40,630 nucleotides of DNA from a virus. The notes beneath the pieces were generated by a model that saw nothing but the letters and a program-made list of their open reading frames with translations, ran no database searches and was not told the origin of the DNA. Shown here in pieces: positions 17,765 to 25,955 of the stretch. The position numbers were made by a program, and so were the translations under genes. Position 1 is the stretch's first letter. Each line of letters begins with the position of its first letter. Location of the stretch: the IMG/VR virus record IMGVR_UViG_3300045988_173266; one strand, written 5' to 3'.

Positions 17765-18088
17765 ATGGAAGTTACTATGAGAAATAACATCGCAACCCCT
17801 ACGCTTACCGCTCTCACGGCGAATACCGAAAAGGCTCTCGATTGGAGCGAGAACGACGCGAAAATGATTCTCGTCATAAGCAATAGCGGAGATTCCGCAG
17901 TTTCTCTCACGGTTAAGGCGGGCAACGGTATTCAGGGTGTAGCAGACCTTACGCTTTCCGCTCCGAGGGGGATTAGCCTTGTGAAGTTGGAAAGCGGAAG
18001 ATTCAAATTTGTTTCCGGTGCGAACAAAGGTAAAATCGTCGTTAAGTCGGCGGGAACTCCGAGTGTCGGCGTAGCCGCTCTCGTATAA
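17765..18088 (+). CDS. Hypothetical virion protein (possible capsid accessory protein)
   Basis: 107-aa beta-rich ORF immediately after the capsid gene and before a strong terminator. Confidence 0.45.
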   Translation: MEVTMRNNIATPTLTALTANTEKALDWSENDAKMILVISNSGDSAVSLTVKAGNGIQGVADLTLSAPRGISLVKLESGRFKFVSGANKGKIVVKSAGTPSVGVAALV

Positions 18089-18096
18089 GCAAAACA

Positions 18097-18129
18097 AGAG
18101 CCTATCTAACAGTAGGTAGGCTCTTTTAT
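18097..18129 (+). terminator. Rho-independent terminator after the capsid operon
   Basis: AGAGCCTATCTA pairs with TAGGTAGGCTCT (one wobble), 4-nt loop, then TTTTAT. Confidence 0.75.
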
Positions 18130-18170
18130 GCAATTTTAGGAAATGGGAAGTTCGATTCTTCCAAATTGCC
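18130..18170 (+). ncRNA. tRNA acceptor/T-arm minihelix-like element
   Basis: GCAATTT (18130-36) pairs perfectly with AAATTGC (18163-69). This encloses GGAAG-TTCGATT-CTTCC (18146-62), a consensus T arm. Only a 9-nt linker replaces the D and anticodon arms. Confidence 0.45.
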
Positions 18171-18182
18171 AAAGGAGAGATT

Positions 18183-18818
18183 ATGAAATACGGAGATATA
18201 AAAATCGAATCGTTGAAATTGATGTTTGTCAATGTGGGCGATGATATTACGATAGATAAACTTGAAACATACGAGCAAGACGATACCTATAACGCTTATC
18301 TTGTGAATATGCCCGGAAGTATAAATCGTTGTTTTTCCGCTCTTGAAAGCAAAGGCGTTCTTCCGTCTAAATCAAAGACCTTGACGGCTTTGGAAGGGGT
18401 TGCAAGCGGTGCTTTTATTCGTTTCGACCTTCCGTCGATAATTGATAATTACTGTGATATAGACCGTGTAGTGAGCGAAACTGCCGACGGCGAGTATTGC
18501 GGAGATTGTGATTATCAAATAGAAGGGGACACTCTCGTTTTGGAACGTTTCGATGACGAAGATATAACCTATACTGTGCTTTATCGTCCGACGATTCCGA
18601 GAGTTGAATCCCTTTCCGATAACGAGTGGGAAGTGCCTATACCGGAAAACATTGTTTCGCTTATCCCGTATTTCGTAAAAGGCGACTTATATCGAGACGA
18701 TGAGCCGAACGAAGCGAGCGAGGCGCGGAATTGGTTTGAATCGGGTATCGAAGAAATTCTTTTAAGGAAAACGAACAAGGTAAGCAGAATTAAGACTGTT
18801 TACTCGCAAACGGTGTAA
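18183..18818 (+). CDS. Hypothetical structural protein (possible head-tail adaptor)
   Basis: 211-aa ORF with AAAGGAGAG SD in the structural block. Confidence 0.45.
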   Translation: MKYGDIKIESLKLMFVNVGDDITIDKLETYEQDDTYNAYLVNMPGSINRCFSALESKGVLPSKSKTLTALEGVASGAFIRFDLPSIIDNYCDIDRVVSETADGEYCGDCDYQIEGDTLVLERFDDEDITYTVLYRPTIPRVESLSDNEWEVPIPENIVSLIPYFVKGDLYRDDEPNEASEARNWFESGIEEILLRKTNKVSRIKTVYSQTV

Positions 18819-18820
18819 GT

Positions 18821-21355
18821 ATGAGAGCAAGTACGAATATATCATTAAAGACTCGAAGAACTCTTCAACTTTCCGATTTTAAGGGCGTAGATTTTTCGTC
18901 TTCGGCTTTGAGCGTTCGTAGAGACCGTGCCTCGAATATGCGAAACTTCATAAACGAATATGGAGTAAACAAAAAAAGAAACGGTTGGAACGAACTTATT
19001 AAAATCAAATACGGCGGGCAATCTCAAAGAATAAACGGAATTTTTGAGTACGTGAACGGAAGTCGTAGAGAAGTTTTAGTCCACGCCGGACGAAGATTTT
19101 ATCGACTCGTTAAGAACGGCGGAAGATATTCCGTAGTAGATATAACTTTGACCTCGACATACACCCCGTCGAAAGTTGATACCGCCAAAATCAAAGACCA
19201 AAGAAGTCAGGCTTTTTTCAATAAGGGTAGAGCATATATAATCGGCTGCGGAGATTATCTTGTATACGGAACTTGGAACGAGGGTACAAGTTACGAATTG
19301 CGTAGAGTGGCGAATAACACAGATACATATATTCCAACTACGACAATATCTATTGATAACGATAGCGTGTCCGATGATACGAGGGGAAGTCTCGATGACG
19401 TAAACTGCCTTTCGTCTCGTAGAATAAACCAACTTCTCGGAACTCTCGAAACGAATAAAACTTGGACTCTCGATTCGGGAGGTATTGATGACGGAACGAC
19501 CGTGGATATAAAATTGGAAACTATGTCAAACGGGGCGGCGGTTACAAAACAAATCTCCAACACGGGAAGCGATAAAACAAAGTTATATGACGGCTCAACG
19601 CAAGTCGGAACGATAGATTTTGAAAATGGGAAAATAACGTTCTCAATTGCTACGACACCGCAAATAGAAAATAGAGATAATATTTTCGTTACGTTTGAAC
19701 ACTCGGTTGAAGGTTATATTGACAGGATAGCAAATTGTAATTTTGGGGTATTGTTTGGCGTTAGCGGAAATACCGATAGACTATTTCTTGCGGGCAACGC
19801 TGAATATCCGAATATAGATTTCCATTCGGAAGCAGACGATTACACTTACTTCGGAGACTTAAACACATCGTCAATGGGTAGCGATTCAGTACCGATAAGC
19901 GGGTACGGTCGGCTTTCGGATAGTACACTCGTTGTATACAAATCCGAAACGAGTCAAGAAGCGAGTATTTTTTATCGGACGGGAACTTATAAGGAATCTT
20001 ACGATTCAAGTGGAAACCTTGACAGTATTCGTGGCGTGTTTCCGACTTCCGCCGGAAGTATAGGCGAAGGAGTTATAAGTAGATATGCTTGTGCGAACTT
20101 TGCGGGAGACAACATAATACTTTCGAGAAACGGCGTTTTCGGAATAGTTCTTGCGGATAACGTTGCGACGACCGAAAGATATACGAGAGAACGCTCTCGG
20201 TCAATCAATGAGAAGTTAAAGACACACGCCGATTTATCGGAGGCGGTCGGAATTGTATATCAAAATCGTTATTACCTTGCCGTGGATAACGTGGTTTATA
20301 TAGCCGATTCGAGATATAAATACACCTCGAACGACGACATCGACAATTCGTATAACTATGAGTGGTGGTATTGGGATAATTGCCCCGTGAGAGTATGGGC
20401 AAATATCGACAATGTTTTATATTTCGGGAGCGCGGACGGACAAATTTGCGTGTTTGATAATGAATATACCGATAGGACTTATCAAGATAGCACTTCCGGG
20501 GATTTAACTTTCGATATAGCGGACAACAAGGTTATTTACAACAAAAATATCGGCATAGAACTTTCCGAAGGCGATAGAATGACTATTTCAACGACGGGAT
20601 TTTACGCACTTATCGCAAATAATGCTGTTGTAGAAAACGACCGAATCATTTCCGACGAAGAAAAAATTATATCTTTTCACGACGGAATGGAGGTCTATGC
20701 CGATATGGTGGGGGAGAGCGGTCTTGTAATAAACACAAAGTATTACGTTCGAGATGTAGATAACGGAAGTTGCTCGTATACTCTTGAAGATGAGAGTGGG
20801 AACAAAGTTTCTATCGCAAGCGGCGGATTTAATCTTTATAAGGCTATTTCAAATATAGAGTTATATCTTGCGAACGTAACCGAAGATTCTTTTCAACTCA
20901 AAGACTACAAAGTCGGCAACGTTTTAATTCTTGCGAATTATAATTCAACTCTTCCGACGAATCCGCTCGCGCGGTTTACCCACACGAGAAACGTGGTTGC
21001 CGAATGGTATACTCCTATATTCGACCTCGGAACGAACGAGTCAAGCAAAACTCTTCTCAAAATGGTTATTTCGACCGAGCCGGAAGTCAATGGAAAACTC
21101 TCGTTTGGATATGAGACGAGAAACGTAAACAAACTCATCAATGCAAAAGGAATAAACGTATTCTCGTTTGATAATTTCTCGTTTGAAAACTTTTCGTTTG
21201 ACACGGGGTTTGCAAACAGTTATTCCGTAAAGTGCAATGAGCGTAACTTTAACTTCATTATATTCCGATTTATATCCGATAACGATAGCAACTGCATAGT
21301 GAATACTTTCACTATCATTTATAAAATCAACAAATCTAATATAGGAGTGAGATGA
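18821..21355 (+). CDS. Large tail/virion structural protein
   Basis: 844-aa beta-rich ORF between the head genes and fibre genes. Confidence 0.5.
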   Translation: MRASTNISLKTRRTLQLSDFKGVDFSSSALSVRRDRASNMRNFINEYGVNKKRNGWNELIKIKYGGQSQRINGIFEYVNGSRREVLVHAGRRFYRLVKNGGRYSVVDITLTSTYTPSKVDTAKIKDQRSQAFFNKGRAYIIGCGDYLVYGTWNEGTSYELRRVANNTDTYIPTTTISIDNDSVSDDTRGSLDDVNCLSSRRINQLLGTLETNKTWTLDSGGIDDGTTVDIKLETMSNGAAVTKQISNTGSDKTKLYDGSTQVGTIDFENGKITFSIATTPQIENRDNIFVTFEHSVEGYIDRIANCNFGVLFGVSGNTDRLFLAGNAEYPNIDFHSEADDYTYFGDLNTSSMGSDSVPISGYGRLSDSTLVVYKSETSQEASIFYRTGTYKESYDSSGNLDSIRGVFPTSAGSIGEGVISRYACANFAGDNIILSRNGVFGIVLADNVATTERYTRERSRSINEKLKTHADLSEAVGIVYQNRYYLAVDNVVYIADSRYKYTSNDDIDNSYNYEWWYWDNCPVRVWANIDNVLYFGSADGQICVFDNEYTDRTYQDSTSGDLTFDIADNKVIYNKNIGIELSEGDRMTISTTGFYALIANNAVVENDRIISDEEKIISFHDGMEVYADMVGESGLVINTKYYVRDVDNGSCSYTLEDESGNKVSIASGGFNLYKAISNIELYLANVTEDSFQLKDYKVGNVLILANYNSTLPTNPLARFTHTRNVVAEWYTPIFDLGTNESSKTLLKMVISTEPEVNGKLSFGYETRNVNKLINAKGINVFSFDNFSFENFSFDTGFANSYSVKCNERNFNFIIFRFISDNDSNCIVNTFTIIYKINKSNIGVR

Positions 21356-21356
21356 T

Positions 21357-23189
21357 ATGGCAAAAGTCCAAAAAATCAATGCCGAAGTAAAATCGGCAAT
21401 ACAAAGAAAATCCGCTTATTCCTTGCCGAACAATCCTACGGATTCGGGGTACAAAGCCGACGATATTCGTAGAGCGTTTTATAAACCGATTATAGACATC
21501 ACAAACTCTGCTCTAACCGAGATAGATAGAGTAGTTGAGGAATTAAACGGAGTTCTTGGATATTCCGAAAAATCACTCGATTCTATCGGAACTGTATCGG
21601 GCGTTTACTATCACGGCTCGGACGGAATGGTGTATAAATTCCAAGACGGCAAATTTTTTATTTCAAGTTACGAGGGGAATGCAGTCGATATAACGATACC
21701 TTGCTCTGTACTCTATCAAGGCGTGTATTACCCCGTTACGGTAATAGGTCTTGAAGCCTTTAAGGGTAAGGATATTAAAAGCGTAGAAATCCCGTCTTCG
21801 ATAACGAGTATTTACTCAAAAGCGTTTTATGGTTGCAATGCCTTAACTGTCGTAAAGTTTTTGGGATATACTCGAAACATCGAAGCAAATGCTTTTACTT
21901 CGGGAAAGATTGCTTTTTCAGTTCCGAAGGAATATTTGGGAGATTATACGTCGTCGCTTGCAAGTTATAAGAAAACGCTCGTAGGCTTTGATACGATAAT
22001 CAATAATGCGAACGACATCGTTATTTTGTATCGAGACAAACTTGCAAAGGTAACAAATACAAGCGAATATGAGAGGCTTTATTCTATCGGAAAGACTGGG
22101 GCGAACGTTACGAAAGATATTTCGCCAACGCCTCTTGAAGGGAAAATTCCTATATATCTTGCAGACGGAACTTTGCAAGTCGGAAGTCCGAAAGCAGATA
22201 AAGACTCTACGCCGAAAAAGTACATTGAAGATAGACTCGCGGCTATGGGGGCAAAAATAAGTGTTGCAATAGACCCGACCACTTATATCGTTACGGTGGC
22301 TTTGAAAAACGAAAAAGGCGAAGTTTTAAGTTCTGGGACGATAGACCTTCCGCTTGAAAGTATGATTCTCGGCGCGAGTTATGCTAACGGTGTTCTCACG
22401 CTCAACATCAAGACTGCTGACGGTTCAATGGATAACAATCCTATTGAAGTCAACATTTCCGACCTTATAAGCGGACTTGTGAGCGAAAGTACGTTTGATT
22501 CCGAGGTGGGTAGACTTGACGGAAGAATAGACGACACAAATCAAGACGTAACTGCGCTCGGAAAAGAAGTTGACCAAAAAGAGATTTACGGATTCGCCGC
22601 TTTCCACGCCGAAGAGTCGGAAACGGCGAGAAATTACACGAAGGGCGGCGGAACAGATAAGAAGTTTAGAGAACTTGAAGCGACGAATGGAACGCGCATA
22701 TCTTTGTCGGTCGATAAAGACTACAAAATGACGATAAAACTTTTGAATAAAGAAGGCGTTGTTTTAAGCGAAGGTATGGTAGATTTACCTATCGAGAGCC
22801 TCATAACGAAAGCAAGTTATTCAAAAGGAAAACTTACACTTACCTTTCAAAGCGGGGATAAAACGGAAATTGATATTTCATCGCTTGTAAGCGGTCTTGT
22901 CCCCGAAACGAGAAAGATAAACGGAAAAACACTTGCAAACGATATAACCTTATCCGCTGGCGATGTAGGTGCGTATGGGAAAAACGAAACTTGGAATCGG
23001 ACGGAAACGACGAATCTTATCGGAAACGCAAAGCAAGAGTTGCAAGTTGAAATAGAAGAACATCAAGTCGTTGGCTACGCCGTGATGTCCGACGAGGCTG
23101 AAAAGTCGCGCGGTTATATTAAAGGTGGAGCGATAGATAGACAATTTAAGAAAATTATCGAGAGAATAATCGCTCTCGAAAGTAAATAA
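21357..23189 (+). CDS. Tail fibre / receptor-binding protein with BspA-type leucine-rich repeats and an internally duplicated C-terminal module
   Basis: LRR_5-like ITIPCSVLYQGVYYPVTVIGLEAFKGKDIKSVEIPSSITSIYSKAFYGCNALTVV. Two about 140-aa repeats (KISVAIDPTTYIVTVALKNEKGEVLSSGTIDLPLES... and RISLSVDKDYKMTIKLLNKEGVVLSEGMVDLPIES...). Confidence 0.7.
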   Translation: MAKVQKINAEVKSAIQRKSAYSLPNNPTDSGYKADDIRRAFYKPIIDITNSALTEIDRVVEELNGVLGYSEKSLDSIGTVSGVYYHGSDGMVYKFQDGKFFISSYEGNAVDITIPCSVLYQGVYYPVTVIGLEAFKGKDIKSVEIPSSITSIYSKAFYGCNALTVVKFLGYTRNIEANAFTSGKIAFSVPKEYLGDYTSSLASYKKTLVGFDTIINNANDIVILYRDKLAKVTNTSEYERLYSIGKTGANVTKDISPTPLEGKIPIYLADGTLQVGSPKADKDSTPKKYIEDRLAAMGAKISVAIDPTTYIVTVALKNEKGEVLSSGTIDLPLESMILGASYANGVLTLNIKTADGSMDNNPIEVNISDLISGLVSESTFDSEVGRLDGRIDDTNQDVTALGKEVDQKEIYGFAAFHAEESETARNYTKGGGTDKKFRELEATNGTRISLSVDKDYKMTIKLLNKEGVVLSEGMVDLPIESLITKASYSKGKLTLTFQSGDKTEIDISSLVSGLVPETRKINGKTLANDITLSAGDVGAYGKNETWNRTETTNLIGNAKQELQVEIEEHQVVGYAVMSDEAEKSRGYIKGGAIDRQFKKIIERIIALESK

Positions 23190-23200
23190 GGAGGCTTAAA

Positions 23201-24301
23201 ATGCTTTTAGAAAAAACAAAAATTTACGGAGTGGACGGCGTAGGACAATCCTCGCCAACTCTTACGAGAACAGATTCGGCGGTGGGGTTAGGCTACACGG
23301 TCGGTCAAAGCGAAATTAAGAGCGACTTTGATAGATGTTACCCTTGGTGCGAGATGAAAGAAGTTACGGACAAGTTCGGAAACGTTTTCATTCGTGTGCC
23401 AAAGTTCTATACGAAAATCACAAAGAATACGAACGGAACTTATAAACATCAAATATCGGGTTGTAGGTACGACGGATTCGGAACTTTGTTCGTAGACGGC
23501 AAAGGAAACGAACTCGACTACGTTCTTATCGGCAAGTACGAAGGGAGTTATGACTCTACAAACTCTCGAATGATGTCGAAGAGCGGACAAACGGTTAAAG
23601 TTTCTATTACACTTCCGAATTATCGGACGGCTTGTAAGGCGGTGGGAGCGGGTTATCAGCAGTATGATTTTTTAATCGACGCTATCATTAAAGAATTGTT
23701 TATGATTGAGTTTGCAACCACGAACTCTCAATCAATTATGCAAGGATTTACAAACGGCGAGAATACTGCCGCTCTTATAACGGGGCATACCGACAATATC
23801 AAAACTCCTTCGGGTTCGTATAATAATAACCACGACCTTGAAACCGACCCTTGGACGGACGCTACTTGTAATACGGACGGCAAACACGCTTGCAAGTATA
23901 GAGGAATCGAAAATCCTTGGGGTAATACTTGGACTTGGTGCGACGGGATAAACTTCAAAGGCAAGAAAGTTTACGTTTGTGAATCCCCGGAAGATTATGC
24001 TTCCGATAAATACGACGCTCCATATTCGTATATGGGAGACAGAAAAGAAGGCGAGGGGTATACGAAAGTTATTACTCCGTTTGACAAAAATCCGCTGCTT
24101 GGATTTACGACGGAGACGGGTGCAGGGAGTACGACTTATTATTCCGATTACTACTATTACAACGCAAACGGTACCGTGCTGCTTTGCGGTGGGTATTGGC
24201 GCAACGGTGTCAATGCCGGTTTGTGGTTTTGGGATGGTAGCCGTTCTTCGTCCCACGCCTACGGCAGCATCGGCGGTCGCCTTTGTTATAAACCTCTTTA
24301 A
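23201..24301 (+). CDS. DGR variable protein: tail-fibre tip with C-type-lectin / FGE-sulfatase-like fold
   Basis: C-terminus CGGYWRNGVNAGLWFWDGSRSSSHAYGSIGGRLCYKPL overlaps the VR, 17 nt before the stop. Sits in the fibre gene block. Confidence 0.85.
   Translation: MLLEKTKIYGVDGVGQSSPTLTRTDSAVGLGYTVGQSEIKSDFDRCYPWCEMKEVTDKFGNVFIRVPKFYTKITKNTNGTYKHQISGCRYDGFGTLFVDGKGNELDYVLIGKYEGSYDSTNSRMMSKSGQTVKVSITLPNYRTACKAVGAGYQQYDFLIDAIIKELFMIEFATTNSQSIMQGFTNGENTAALITGHTDNIKTPSGSYNNNHDLETDPWTDATCNTDGKHACKYRGIENPWGNTWTWCDGINFKGKKVYVCESPEDYASDKYDAPYSYMGDRKEGEGYTKVITPFDKNPLLGFTTETGAGSTTYYSDYYYYNANGTVLLCGGYWRNGVNAGLWFWDGSRSSSHAYGSIGGRLCYKPL
24174..24284 (+). repeat. DGR variable repeat (VR)
   Basis: 111 bp aligning without gaps to 24365..24475 (offset 191). 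In 24205..24284, all 10 mismatches lie opposite TR adenines. Confidence 0.9.
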
Positions 24302-24312
24302 GAGAGGGATTA

Positions 24313-24334
24313 AAAGGGAGATACTTCTCCCTTT
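24313..24334 (+). promoter_or_regulatory. 9-bp stem / 4-nt loop hairpin downstream of VR (candidate DGR target-recognition cruciform, or a weak terminator)
   Basis: AAAGGGAGA-TACT-TCTCCCTTT, perfect stem. Confidence 0.5.
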
Positions 24335-24364
24335 GGACTAAAAATATAGGGTAGCGTGTGCCGC

Positions 24365-24475
24365 CCGTGCTGAGTTGCGGTGGGCTTTGGAACTGCGGTG
24401 TCAATGCCGGTTTGTGGAATTGGAATGGTAACAATTCTTCGTCCAACGCCAACGGCAACATCGGCGGTCGCATTT
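24365..24475 (+). repeat. DGR template repeat (TR), non-coding
   Basis: AAY-rich when read in the VR frame (W-N-W-N-G-N-N-S-S-S-N-A-N-G-N-I). Lies between the target gene and the RT. The GC-rich catcggcggtcgc 3' element is shared with VR. Confidence 0.9.
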
Positions 24476-24590
24476 TAATCAAACATTTATTCATTGCACA
24501 CGCAATCCTTGCCCCTTGGCAAAAAATAATCCGAAAAGAGGACGGTTTAGTAGGTTTTTCTCGAAAATCCGTGAGGAGATTAAAAGGTAT

Positions 24591-25682
24591 ATGAAGAGAG
24601 TCGGCTATTTATATGAGAAGATGTGCGATTTAAGTCTTATTCGCTACGCTATAAGAAAAGCGGCGCAAGGTAAAACTTATAAGCATTACATAAGAAAAGT
24701 TTTACAAAATGAAGAGGCTTACGCTTTAAGGATTCAAGAAATGCTTGTAAACGAAAGCGTAAAATTGAGTCCGAATCGTCAAATTACAATATACGACCGC
24801 TCTTGTAGCAAGGAAAGAATTATAACAGTTCCGAAGTTCTTTCCCGACCAAATACTCCATTGGGTAGTAATGCTCGTAATTGAGCCGATAATAACGAAAG
24901 GAATGTATCGGTTTAACTGCGGAAGCGTTCCTACCCGTGGAGGTATGGAAGCCAAAAGATACGTTGAACGCGCGTTAAATGATAAGAAGATAAGATATGT
25001 GGCAAAATTAGATATTTCAAAGTTTTTTAATAGCGTAAAACCGGAGTATTTAATGGCAATGTTCAGGAACAAAATCAAAGACGAGAAAGTATTAAGACTA
25101 ATCAATGCGATTCTTGAAAACGGTGGAGATTGCCTACCTATCGGTTATTATACTTCTCAATGGTTTTCAAACTTCTTTCTCGAAGGATTCGACCACTACG
25201 TTAAGGAGGAATTGAAAATAAAAAAGTACGTTCGTTACGTTGATGATATGGTTCTCCTCGATACGAACAAAAGAAAACTCCACAAGGCTATCGCGAGAAT
25301 GGATGAGTATCTCCATAAGATAGGGTTGAAACTAAAAAGAAACTATCAAGTATGGAAGGTTGGTAGCCGACCGATTGACTTTGTTGGGTTTAGATTTTAT
25401 CAAGACAAAACGGTATTAAGGAAGAAAATCTTTTTTCGACTTTGCCGCCGAGTAAGGAATGTTAGAAAGAGCGGATATATAACCGTTCATCAAGCACAAG
25501 GGATATTGTCCTTGCTCGGCTGGCTATCGCATATAAACGCTTGGAAGTTTTACAAGGAGAAGATATATCCCTACGCTCCGAAGTCAAGACTTAAAAATAT
25601 TGTGAGTAATCACGCAAAAAAATTATTGGAGGCAATAGAAAATGAAAAGATTCAAAAAGGCACTTTGGTTGCAATCTGCTAA
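24591..25682 (+). CDS. DGR reverse transcriptase
   Basis: N-terminus MKRVGYLYEKMCDLSLIRYAIRKAAQGK. IGYYTSQ (I/LGxxxSQ DGR hallmark). Catalytic YVDD in VRYVDDMVLL. Start chosen at ATG 24591 rather than the ORF-track 24516. Confidence 0.9.
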   Translation: MKRVGYLYEKMCDLSLIRYAIRKAAQGKTYKHYIRKVLQNEEAYALRIQEMLVNESVKLSPNRQITIYDRSCSKERIITVPKFFPDQILHWVVMLVIEPIITKGMYRFNCGSVPTRGGMEAKRYVERALNDKKIRYVAKLDISKFFNSVKPEYLMAMFRNKIKDEKVLRLINAILENGGDCLPIGYYTSQWFSNFFLEGFDHYVKEELKIKKYVRYVDDMVLLDTNKRKLHKAIARMDEYLHKIGLKLKRNYQVWKVGSRPIDFVGFRFYQDKTVLRKKIFFRLCRRVRNVRKSGYITVHQAQGILSLLGWLSHINAWKFYKEKIYPYAPKSRLKNIVSNHAKKLLEAIENEKIQKGTLVAIC

Positions 25683-25821
25683 CGCTCAAATCGAGGAGAA
25701 GGTTCTTTCCGAGAGAGAAGTGAATGACGCTTTGGACGGTTGGGTAAACGACCTTGACGGCAAAACGGAAGAAGAACTTACGGCTATGGGCGTAGAGGTA
25801 AGAGAAGAATGGTTGCAATAA
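25642..25821 (+). CDS. Unannotated 59-aa ORF overlapping the RT 3' end
   Basis: GGAGG 9 nt upstream of ATG 25642. Translated by hand as MKRFKKALWLQSANAQIEEKVLSEREVNDALDGWVNDLDGKTEEELTAMGVEVREEWLQ. Below the 60-aa ORF-track cut-off. Confidence 0.35.
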   Translation: MKRFKKALWLQSANAQIEEKVLSEREVNDALDGWVNDLDGKTEEELTAMGVEVREEWLQ

Positions 25822-25955
25822 CCGTCGAAAATATTTGCGATATTTGCGAAAAGGAAGGTTGCGCCGAGCCTTGTGGAAAGTGGTACGACTGCTTCGAGGG
25901 CAAACCCGTAACCTTCGGATTTGTAGATGAAGGAGACGAAGATGAAAAAATTTAA
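25809..25955 (+). CDS. Unannotated 48-aa Cys-rich ORF
   Basis: Hand translation MVAITVENICDICEKEGCAEPCGKWYDCFEGKPVTFGFVDEGDEDEKI. Five Cys including CDIC. Overlaps neighbours in operon style. Confidence 0.3.
   Translation: MVAITVENICDICEKEGCAEPCGKWYDCFEGKPVTFGFVDEGDEDEKI

Larger units (their letters stand above)
23201..25682 (+). mobile_element. Diversity-generating retroelement cassette (target gene with VR, then TR, then RT)
   Basis: See the component features. Adenine-specific VR/TR mismatches plus an RT carrying the DGR hallmark motifs. Confidence 0.9.

Noticed and set aside
16741-17925. 394-aa minus-strand ORF, the longest antisense ORF in the window
   Set aside because: It lies entirely antisense to the major capsid gene and its neighbours. 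It has no SD and a low-complexity R/V/F-rich composition. It is a shadow ORF in a region whose + strand has strong coding signals.
21161-21204. Three tandem copies of a roughly 15-nt unit (ttctcgtttgaNaa); briefly considered as a mini repeat array
   Set aside because: It is in frame within the 844-aa structural gene and encodes FSFDN-FSFEN-FSFD. There are no spacers and no CRISPR-like architecture.
23732-24256. 174-aa minus-strand ORF, and the 120-aa + alternative-frame ORF at 23979..24341
   Set aside because: Both overlap the DGR target gene, lack SDs and have skewed composition. They are treated as frame shadows.
24358-24594. 78-aa + ORF (MPPVLSCGGLWNCGVNAGLWNWNGNNSSSNANGNIGGR...)
   Set aside because: This is the DGR template repeat read in the VR frame plus spacer sequence. 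It has no SD, and its similarity to the fibre C-terminus reflects TR/VR homology, not a gene.
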